A stretch of DNA of 64,000 nucleotides, taken from Balanoglossus misakiensis (lineage: Eukaryota; Animalia; Hemichordata). A model generated the notes under the pieces. It worked only from the letters and a program-made list of their open reading frames with translations, did not search any database and was not told the origin of the DNA. How positions within the stretch are numbered: position 1 is the first letter of the stretch; every line of letters starts with the position of its first letter. Location: NCBI GenBank assembly GCA_040954595.2, contig CM082581.2, forward strand, positions 12,783,921 through 12,847,920. Reading direction: 5' to 3'. Made by a program: the position numbers and the translations under genes. This document shows, in pieces, positions 49,501-60,700 of the stretch.

Positions 49501-50088
49501 TATATTTGTTGGCGTGTACATGTAAACAGTAAAGGTCATTGAGCAGGTCTGAGCTCACAGCCAAGCACCACTCGATTACCTTAAAGTCCAACACGCAATG
49601 GTACCCCACCTCAGCACAACTGCGCCTCCACAGCTACTAGTATGTCATGATCAACAAAACCATAACAATGACCTCTCAGTCTCACAATATTTACGTGACC
49701 TCGAGTAAGAGTCGCGTCCACATGTTTTTACAGTTACACCAACAGCACGCACCTTCAAACTTAGTTCGATAGCTCGTTGAATGTCGTCTTTGAATGTATG
49801 TTCATTGTCGAGCTTAGTTCGTTCTCCGTTTCTGTTTTTCGTGTCTTCAGACTGATGGGGTGTCATTTTTCTCCGTTGTCTCCCGAGGTGTGGTCCAGGT
49901 GAGCTGGACTTGACCGCTGCAGTTCGCACGGGGTCACCAACGTTCAGGTCACCTTGTTCGGTCGCAGAAGTCGTCTCTGGCCCTCCGTCCCGTCCATCGT
50001 CACCGTCGGAATCTGAGCTGATCAATATGACATCTTCTGCCTCGTCGTCACTTATGACGATGATTGCAGGTGATTTTGACGTTGCCAT
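40514..50088 (-). CDS. SIMC1: SIMC1-like protein (SUMO-interacting motif-containing SMC5/6 localisation factor, Nse5-like C-terminal domain), at least 5 exons, about 1504 aa
   Basis: Exons: 50088-49753, 48866-48765, 48564-48463, 44677-40933, 40743-40514, all phase-compatible. N-terminal SIMs are IIVISDDE and VILISSDSD. The C-terminal helical domain (AVQLIQDFV..PPKEI..IQSLHP..LDW..LEYVVSILESD..LQKLL..KVAE..MGSHLVRAKLIE..EELV) matches the recalled human SIMC1 pattern (TVQFLMDFV..PPREI..IQQLHP..LRYVVQTLEDD..MESHLLRCKVLE). Confidence 0.85.
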
Positions 50089-50397
50089 TATGCGGCGCGA
50101 TGCAGGACACCACCCTCACTTCATATTGGTCGTCTCGGCTGAGATCTGACCGCCATTTTCTATTCTTGGTAACCGTGCAAGGCATCATGGGTATTTCAAG
50201 CGTGACAACTGCGGGAGTGGGTGCAGTTATCGGACTTTTTGCAGAATATTTATATTAGATCTCAATAATTATGGGCCTACACATGTGGTTAATTTCGCCA
50301 ATCATTTGATTGACCAAGAAAATTGTAGGGTAGGTTAAATATACAGCCAGGAAATCAGAATCCCGCCTTTGTTCATAGAATGATCGAGAACGAGGAG

Positions 50398-50408
50398 GGG
50401 GAATCCCC
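50398..50408. promoter_or_regulatory. NF-kB-type site upstream of the SIMC1-like gene
   Basis: GGGGAATCCCC, about 310 bp upstream of the ATG. Confidence 0.4.
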
Positions 50409-50656
50409 GAAGTATGCGCTAATTACAACGTAGAGGGTTTCCTAGTACCATGCGCCACCATGCACCAGTGCAGAATTACATTTACAATGAATCAAGCACT
50501 ATGCACGCGTGTGTTTACTGGGCACAAAGATATTTTATGTAATCGTGAACAAATGTTTATAAAATTAGTGAAAGTTAATATGTTCCCATGCATCATAAAT
50601 TTTCTACTTTAAAAAATGACGCAGTGCAGAGAAAGAAGCCACTCGGCCATCATCGC

Positions 50657-50672
50657 GCGCCACCTGGTGGCA
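50657..50672 (-). promoter_or_regulatory. CTCF consensus motif
   Basis: The minus strand reads TGCCACCAGGTGGCGC, matching the CCACCAGGTGGCGC core. Confidence 0.55.
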
Positions 50673-51715
50673 AATTAACTCCACGCTTTTGTTTTCACTA
50701 CTTTCGGAAGGCTGAGCGCAACGACGCGCACTGAACTACTTTCAGTGTACCTGACAAAAAGTAAATGCCAGCCGGCAAATCATCTATTAGTCCTCCGACA
50801 CACCGATTGACGTCAATCGTAATCCGATACAAAGTGTTTGGTTTGACGCATGCATGACACGTGGGTGTCATCTGTGCTTGTCGACATCAGTTTATGGATC
50901 TCTACTAAAAGTGATCACTAAGTCGACGACGGCGACAACAATAACAAAAGCAAAAACAACAAAAATAGTTTTATTTTTTCAACAGGAGATCCCAAAAAGT
51001 CGATTGGGTTAGACAGATGCCTGAAACTTCATGTGAGTGGCTTCGAAGTCGAGATGACGATATATATATATGTATTGAAAATCCCTTAAAGAATGTGAGA
51101 GATGAAAGTTAGACTGTTAGTGGTGATTGCTACACCCATACCAAAGGCCTCCCGGCGTAATTGGCAGTAAGCGGATCTTTTTTGTTACACATCAGAAGCA
51201 AATCCCCTGTCAACTGAACCAGTAATTTAGTCCACTTGATCATTAGGGAATTGTTGTGTCAATTTCAACTCTTTTGTTTGGGATGTACGTTTCAAAAGCA
51301 AGCCACAAAACCCGAGGCAAACACAACGGACGTTTTTGTGTGGGTGCAAATGACGTCACTAACGGGATTCGGTGCATTCGACTCGTTGCGTAACGACAAG
51401 TCAGCCATTCGAAACCTTTACGCTCTGGTGGCTCCAGGTAAAAACAGTTATTTCTGATAAGTATAGGGAGTTCAATAGGATTGTTCCTATTTTAGATACT
51501 CTTTGTCAACTACCCTGCCAGCGAACACTTGAATAATTCGGATTCGACCAAATTTACCTCAAGCGATGGCAACCCAGCGGGTAACCATGACTACCGTATC
51601 CCCGATGGCCTCGACGGCCAGCAACCCAGAACGATCACATTTACAAAGTGTTTGGAAGATTTGAATATTCCCAATGAATGAACAAACCGTCCCACGCCTA
51701 AGTACTTAGTCTCAA

Positions 51716-51733
51716 CATGGAGGTACCTCCATG
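51716..51733. mobile_element. 18-bp perfect palindrome with 7-bp flanking duplication
   Basis: GTCTCAA-[CATGGAGGTACCTCCATG]-GTCTCAA. Confidence 0.6.
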
Positions 51734-54700
51734 GTCTCAACGATTTCACGACTAGTGTATGTATCCATACGAGATTTACAAACGAGAAATTAAAATGGTC
51801 TTTGAGTGTTTATCGAATCAACACAGGTGACGATGATGAAAGCCAGGGGGTGATGTACAATTGTTTATTGTTTTACAGACCAAGGCTGTGTAAATAAAGA
51901 AAATAGAGACAAGCAACAAAACAATACCACGATTCTTACAGGGCACTCAAACCCGTGACTATATTCGTCCCCAGACGCACGCATGGTGGCTCATGAACGC
52001 GCGAAATATTGTTCATTGGTACAACATGATGTATGTCATCCGCAAACGTATTCGAACTATGCACCTGACGTTGTTGTGGTGAATTTACCGACTACCAATA
52101 TTTGGAGTAATCTCCTCATTTGCTTTTAGTTCCCACTCCTTGTTCGCGCATACCGACGCTGAGGCAGCCCTCGCTGACTGTTTTCTTGGCAAACACCTGC
52201 GATTGTGTCTTGAAATTTTTGACAAAGGCCCACATCGTCCCTCCTTGAATTCACAAAAAGGTGACTGAATGTCTTCCCCTCGGGCTGCAACCTTCCATTA
52301 CCAACGAAGCACACACACATAAGTATATCGTTGCTATAGTCCATGTAACTTAGCTGTTCTCGTTCTCGTTTGGTTGCAATGTCAGTTCTGCCGAAACTCG
52401 CACCCATGCAGTCTCGGATAAATAATGTAATACGATTTTCATGGGGAACTATACTAGCAACCGATCTCTCGAAGTTTGCTTCTGAATTTGCGTTGCGTTG
52501 GAGCAGTATGGTAATTTTGGGTTTCCAACGCGCTGTTTATTTAGCTCAGTTTGTGAAGGACCTCATGTCATTATGTCGAGACCACGCCAAGGAGCATTTA
52601 TTCACTGTTGAACACGTTGCATAGAAGAATGTTTACTCGTACTCGGGTTTCCTACCGTATTACTCACGCTGTCAAGATACAGGACAGGCCAGAAATCGTT
52701 ATTTTTCACAGACAGGATGCATGGATCATTCTATTTTATTGGGGGAGGGGGTGTGGGCTATCATTTTGAACGCTTGATTTTCAGGGTTTGGCAACCGCAT
52801 GCATTTTCATTGAAACTGCTTATTGTTTTAAAAGTAAGCTTTCACAGAGGGATTAGTAAGCGGATTTCCAAACAAGTGATAATACACAGAACAAATACTG
52901 CCGATAAATACGTTTGCGCTCCCCCTTAAAAATGGTATCAACCTTATCTTCGATCATCTTCACTTTTCAAGGCTGGTCCCTGTGCAACATTGGCACCATT
53001 CCCCAGTAAGCGCCAAGGCGCCCGTGATGTACACGATGAATTGGTAGCTGTTCTTGAGCATCGCTGGACTTGTCAGCGTCTTGGAACGAGTAATAGACCA
53101 TTTGAAGAAATCAAATCACCCGCTTTGACCAGAGGAAAAGTTAACAGAGAAAATACACGGTGGGTAGTTTAACTTTCCCTTTCGCACAGTGCATCACCAA
53201 CTGTATATGTGTAACCAAGCACCCCTTGTATATTACGGTAACGTGTGTATGTATACATGTGTCTATCAAACGGCTACCGATCGTTTCTAGGGGTGAGTTT
53301 TCGGTGCAAGGTCTTCGGTAATCGCCCTCAATCATTGTGCATATCCAATATCACCTACTCGACGTCCCAACTATCATATCCAAATAGTTCTACAGATAGT
53401 TTCAACACCTAGGAAACTCCGGACCGTAGTTTTGAGTCATTACACGGGAATCACTTTCATCGCCATAATCCGCTTACGTTTTCGACCGGTAAGACAAATA
53501 GCGGGCGTCGCTCGAATGCTTTCTCGAAAGAAAGACAAAACTGGATCCGCTTTTCACCTCGAATCATCGCTAACAAAACGAAAACTACTACAAATTTCAC
53601 CATCAGTATGCATGCATTCTTTTAAAGTAAAAAGGAACAGTTATGTCTAACTTCGTCTAGACGGCAGACTCGCTGCTAAAATTTCTACTTACATAATGTT
53701 TATACCGCATGCGGTGTTTATTTCCGAGTCCGTTTAAAGTGTTCAATATGCGCACAAGAGTGCACATCGTAAACTTGAGGTCACAAGAAATACATGTACT
53801 TATGCGCATATGCCAATTATACGTGTTGTCGAGACTACACTAATCAGCGATTTCAATCCAAGGCCGATGATGCACCGCTATGCTGTTTACATCCATGTGC
53901 CGGCCCCCTGTGGGTTTTTAACAACTTGTCTATTCTTTGGGCATGTCAACCAATTATCGTTGCGTGAAACACTACACTTCACAGACGGAACGGTCGTTGG
54001 AGAATAAATCATTCGAAAAATCTTGTAGCCCACCCATTCAAGCAGAAATTTCCCCAGACCATGATGACCACTACTCGTGTATACGCCTGGCGACACTTGC
54101 TTTCAAATTTAAAGCACGGAGATTGTGAAGCTTCAAAGCGCAACAAGGCTGGGTTGAACTGCTCTGACATGTTGTGACCGAAGTTTTAATCGAGTTTCTT
54201 CCAACAGACTACACTGTACATCCATAATTTAGTAAGCGAACGCGTATTTCTAACAAATCATCAAAATGTACAAGGGAAGAGGTTTTTCTTACAGATGTTT
54301 ACCCCTCAATAAATATGAGTCTCATTGCGCGAATACTGGAATTCACCTGGAATATCGGGTCAAGGGTCACCATTCTGGACGTGCGTTGCCAGCCACCAGG
54401 GTGGGGCTACTGTGACACCGAGAAAACAACTGCTATGCCATTGTCTATATTGTGTGTGGACGCCGCAACCCCGTGCGTGCTGCATCGTACAAACACTTGC
54501 CTAAGCAAATTTGCTCAATCTCTCTGCTCCTTTCGCGCTGACCTTTTCTCACAGAAGTGACGACCCACTATTCTATAGGGAAGAAATAGTACATTCAGGA
54601 CGCGAAATATTGTTCGTTCATTCGTAGTCGTTGCACTTTGGCTTGGCAATCGTATCCAAGCAAACGTTTTATGGTCGAACGGAGCGGGAAATCGAAAACA

Positions 54701-57700
54701 CGTGTAATTCCACAATTACTGCCCATCGTCTTTTAAGGATACATGTATTAAATGGCCAATTACGAAATCTAATTCGAGTCAACATGCCATTACACACTGA
54801 CTTGGCATTGTGGGGGCAATTAGTTCGATCGTTTGGTCCGGATGCACAAATTGAATTTTACGACCATATAATGGGGTACTGCTGCTAACCGGTATTTAGC
54901 GAATTGCACGCATAGTTTGCTTGCACTGCATCGTGGCTCCACTCAGGTTGCGCATATAGGTGAAATGCTCTGTCTAATACAAACTTATCTTTCAATCCAA
55001 ACTTGTCGAGAATGTTGTTTATCATTAGATAATTATCTCACCACTTTCACAGTGCGTATAGTCATCGAAGGTCAGTGATTCAAGTCGAAAGTGTCGGCAA
55101 TAAATAGAGAATGAACAGCCTGAGTTCAACGCGACTGCCTTGCGAGATTATTGTGATACAATTTTGTAACTTTATGACGTAGGTTGCTAGGAGCTCGATT
55201 ATGAAAGAATCTGTCAAACTGCGAATAGTTTGAATCGCGTTCCCGGTTCACACAACAGCAACTCTCTGTCATGGCTGAAACCACAGACAACTGGAATTCT
55301 TCCTCCTTGTTTGTGCTCGAACAAAGGGACTATTTACAAGATCGATAACCCCGATATTAATATTTTGCAAAGGAATCATTTTGAAGAAAAGTGTATTCAA
55401 AGTTCTCGGCAAGCAGATGTTCGAAACTGATTGCTATTCTCTCTACTTTTTACATTCTCATATCCACCGTCAGTCTAGTTTCCGCGCATACTCAGATAAA
55501 AAAGAAAGAAACAATGCCATGGCAGTTGTTGCGAACTCCCTCGGGTAAATGACTGATTACTTGGACGCTTTCGAAAAGACTGGCTAAGCCACATAATCCT
55601 GGATCAGGAAAACAGCGACGGAGCAACAACAACATAAAAAACACGCATTACTTGAAACAATGTGTTTCGGCTTTTATTTGGGAATGTTTACGGGGATACG
55701 TTGTCAGTTTCCATGGTTGGGTTTTGTGTTCAACGTAATACGCTCGCACCAAAAGGCGAATGGCCATTGTGAAAGTACACACATTCATACAAATGGTCGA
55801 TAAATCTCCGAACGGATTCCACGGCCATTCAGCGTCTAATATGCACTGCCGTGACTGTCAACACATTCTTGGCCCTACGCAAGTCCGTCTCTCAGGATCG
55901 CCTGATCGGTCCGTTATATCCGCTAATCAACTACACTATTGTCTTTATCTTAAAATATTCACGCAGTTTCCCAATCCCCAAGGTTTTTTTATGAGGGGGT
56001 GCTGTAAAAGCAGAAAGATCTGCACAACTGCAAAACGACAACCGTTATACTATTATCCATACAGCGAAAATTAAGTATCCGTAAAGAGAAGGGCCACCGT
56101 CTCTCAACAGATTCGTAATTAACTCGATGTAAATTGTTAACCCATTTGACTTGGGCCATTCTTTTTTTCTTTCTTTGAATGAACGCCGTATGATTAATTC
56201 ATTGCTGTGCAATTTCAACCGGTTCCCGTTAACATTCCGCGGAGTCGCTGATCCCGTTGCTGGGTTACGCTGATCATAATCTCCTCGATCATAGCTTAGT
56301 TCTGGTTTCTCATCAGGCAAAGAAAAGTACAGTGATGGGGTAGACTCGAGAATTCTAGATTACCCTCATGGTGACGTAAGATTTTGATAAAATACATTGA
56401 AACTGACAGTCTAGTACAGACAAACGTAACGTTGAGTGACGTCATCTTCATCCTATTAGGCGGATCGCTGATTCTTCTATAATCTCTTTCAGAATTATTG
56501 TAAGTATTAAATCCAGCATGCACTTGTCGATGGCCATTGTTGCATCAAACAGAAGATAGTTGTCTAAGATTGGGGTATACTTATTCTCGCGCCTTTGTTC
56601 GCTCAATCAATCGCCTTTCCAGAGCTTTAAACTCTTTACAAAACCAAATTATTTGTTTTAATTAAGAACGGCAGTCACAACAGGCAAAGGTGTACATAAT
56701 TCAAAGATATCGATCAATTTCGTCAAATGCGCTCTTCTTTGTTTTGTGCCAAACAGGACAAATAGCACATGATGGCTCACGAAAACTTCTTTGGTAAAAA
56801 AAGTAAAAGTCTTGCAGATGTTGCTCATGGGTTAGGACCTATCATGATATAGCCTATAAGATGTTTATGTTACAAGTAAATTGCTCGTTAATGATACGGA
56901 AAGCCCGCTTTGCGATTGGCATTTTATCCGTGCGTGGACGTGGGATAGCCCCCACCAGACGAAGCGATCACCTCACACATAGTCCCTACACAAACAGCTG
57001 CAGCGACTAATTTCCTCCAAGTACCGATAAATCTATTATCAGAGCAACGTGGACATCACGCCGAACAGATATCATCATTCTGCACCCGCATGCTAGTCAA
57101 GATGTTAGGTTGTAATGGCGGTCACCCGGCGCGGTGGGGCGTCCATCAAATAGTGTCGATGCCAACCCACATTCAAAGCTACAAAATCGAGTCTGCTGTG
57201 CAATATTCTATGTAGAGCCGTGATACACGACATACGATAGTCTGATTTGTTCCTTTGACATCAGAGAAATACGTAGGGTCAAAATATGAGCATAGTTCAG
57301 CGTCGGTGGACACATGTCACATTTATTCGAGGCCACCAAATCAAGATTATCGCAAAGATCAATGCCGACGAGTTTTGAGTGACGCCCGTAAAAAATCGAT
57401 GTATACACGGCGCTACGACTCAGGTCGACACAGCTGCTGCGGAGAGACACGGTCTTTCACTCGAGGGACCCACAATACAATCCACGGGCAAATAAAATAC
57501 ACATCTCGATTTAGCCGAGAAGCCAAGCAGCGCACTGTAACTAATATAAAGCCTACATCAGTGTCCGTTTGCACCTAACTCGTGATCAGACGTTAAAAGC
57601 AAGTTGCCAGAGCTTAGTAATACAAAATACGCCGTCACAACTTTTTCATCGCGTGATTTTTAAAATTTTCAATCAATACATCCGTGCTGAAATCACAGTT

Positions 57701-60700
57701 CAGTCTTGTTAGTTAGACGGAATTATTTAATACGTTAGGTGCGGTGTCAGATGTGTTAATTAGATTAGCCGCACAGGCTATTACCGAGTTGAAATGGAAA
57801 GTGTCGCCGTGGGTATTGACAGTGCCGGGTACTCATCATGGCGTCGTGAAAACTGATACCACGACAGGTATACCTGTATAGGGGCGGTGATTGGGGTCAC
57901 GTGTGATACGCTTTCAAATTTGCCCCTTCGTGTCGTCAAGTGCATGCTGGTAAGGCTGTCTGCGGCTTGTAGTGCGCTTTGTGGAACAGTGACCACCTTC
58001 AGTCCATCGGGACTCGCGCTATTCATGCTGTTTGATGCTCCACGATTGGAATTCAGGACACGTGAGTTACCGATGTATGTACTTGTCTTTTATCTTTCCT
58101 GTCAGCTGCCAATGTCAGCTTATTTGTTATATGAATTCAGAAGAACCTACGACATTGTCCATTTACTGATTTAGTTTTGAACAAGACGAACCCGTACGGA
58201 CTCTAGCTCTGACGACAGTATAGATGCGTTGGTTCTCCGTAACAGAGACACTATTTAAAGAAAATTGGTGGATTTTTATAAATCTTGCAGGCACTATGTT
58301 TTTCATAGACCAGGAGCGCGAAAAAACTGATCTAAAAAAAGACGTATTATCGATCCACGAATAATCTCTAAATGAAAACATGAAATAAGCTGTCGTGTGT
58401 TACTGTCCACTTTGTTTGTTTTGTATACCATCGGGGCTAATTCCCTTTAAGTCAATATGGAAATTTATCGACCAAGAAATTAGCAATTGTTTCGGTCATG
58501 TGGGTAATAACCATACTGTTTTTAAACATTCGCGGCTACATTCAGTAAAATAGATTACGCAAAACTACTATGGCCCCCCCCTTTCTTGACTTGAATTGTC
58601 ACACATAGTCAAGTAATGGCTTTAGATGGTCTATTCTTGTCAGTAATCAAAAGTTCCACTCGGACGTCACAAACACGAGATAATTTTGCTCTAAAAATAA
58701 AACACTTCACTCGCAAACCGATAATATTTAGCTCAAAAACATCCGTAACGACCGCCACGCGTATCTACTTAATGGAGGAAACGATTCGATAATTCGGCCG
58801 ATTAAATTTGTTACCCTCGGCTAGCTTGCTTCTGACGTAGAATGCGACGACAACATCAAAAAACATCTGCACCGATTGTGATGCGCCGACTGTCACATGA
58901 CCGATAGACCCCATTTTCCTCCTGTCCACCATCTTGAAATGTGCCTGCGTCACGTGATTAAAATCGAAAGTTGCGGAATGTTTGATGTGGTATATGCCGC
59001 CTGGATGGATTGAAATACTTTCGGAAAAGTTTTCTCAAGGTAGCCTCAGATTTCAGGTCAAAGAGATCACTGTGACCTTAGTGCACAGTAGCTCCTGTGT
59101 GATTAATAAGCCATCATGGTGCACCTTGAGACACACACGAGCACGTCCCGCAGTTTCTTGATCTCTGCCTGGATTTTAAACCCATCTAATAAGCCCTACA
59201 ATTACATATCCAAGGTTGCGTAAATGTGTCCACGATACGAGGGATTTGTGTTTGTTTCGGAAAGCAACGTCTTTTTGCAGTGCAGTGCATACACGCCCAT
59301 GGAAGACATTTGAATAAACACACGTAATCGTTATACAGACACTGCTTTCTGTATGTCAACCCCGGCGACCTGGTTTACATACCAAATTAAATTTAGTCCA
59401 TGAATCCAAGGTTGCCCACCCTGCCAGATATATATTAATAATCTCCCCCGGAAGCATTGAAATTTTCCCGGCAATCATTTGCCAACAAGCCGCCCATTAC
59501 AAGTACACGTTCTAAAGTTTGCGTATCATTTGTGAATTGCAGACCGACCGACCGACACTGCAACGCAGGAACTCAACGATCGTGAACTGCAAGCAACCGA
59601 GTGGAAATCTCAGGAGGAACCAATCTTAAGGTAAGGCTGCAAGTTTTGTGAGATGTTGGCAAGACCAAACACAAATATGTTCGTTTTTTTTTGTTTTGTT
59701 TTTTGCATAATTATACGATGGGAGGAATTGTAAGTGCTCATCCAGAGTTTCTGGTAACAAACTAACATATTTTGACACGTAAAGTAAGACATATCCGATC
59801 GTGTCTTCGGAGATGACTTTTATTGACAGTTTTCACTGGTCTCGACTCCTGACACTTCCCAGAATCGCACTCAATCTTCTTACTGGTGTAAACAGATGGT
59901 CCCTGTTAAGCAAATGTAACAAATTCTGGATAGATTTATTTGCATTTCGTATGTGTCAGGGCAAATATAGGATCGGATATCACCCAAAATACCAACACGA
60001 ACTCGAAAACGTATTTTATTCCGGTGGTACAGTGCACCGACCTTCATATCAACGAATAGCTAACAGAAAAGTTCATTCGAGTCTAAACCTTTCTTAGTCA
60101 TCTAAGATTGATGTTGGGTGAGCAGAACCGTTTCTTTTACTCAAATCACCCTGAAAACATCCGCTCAAGTTAAACAGTTCCACTCAATCAGCAGTCTCGG
60201 TGGGGGTTGATATAGCGTCAATCTATAGGTTGCGTGTCATCAACTCGATCATCATCATTCTCCTGTTAACATGATTCTTGTTTGAAAGCTATTTCGCTAT
60301 GGTCATGTGAGTACCCTTCGTGGTTTTGCTTACGTTGCCGTCGAGGGGACAGATCGTTTGTTTGCTATAGACGTGTCATAATTATGAGCCGGAACGGACC
60401 ACCGTGACTGCGAACGTATCGCATCTTCATTGCTAATATCGATACAGCTCTTCGCATTTCTGCTCCCCCCCCCCCCCTCTATCGATCAATGTCAGTTTAA
60501 CACCGGAGGACATGCCGTCCTGTCGCTTGTTTGCAACCTGACCAGAGAGGGCGTTTTTTGACCAAAATGGGTAAATCGGTCGTGTTACCTGAAAGTCCTT
60601 GCTGTAACCGAAAATTAAACTTAGCTAGTTCACGAAAGACAGGAAAATGAAAAAAACGATTGTTACGACCCGCAGGCCGTCCGAGCCAAAAATATGCGGA

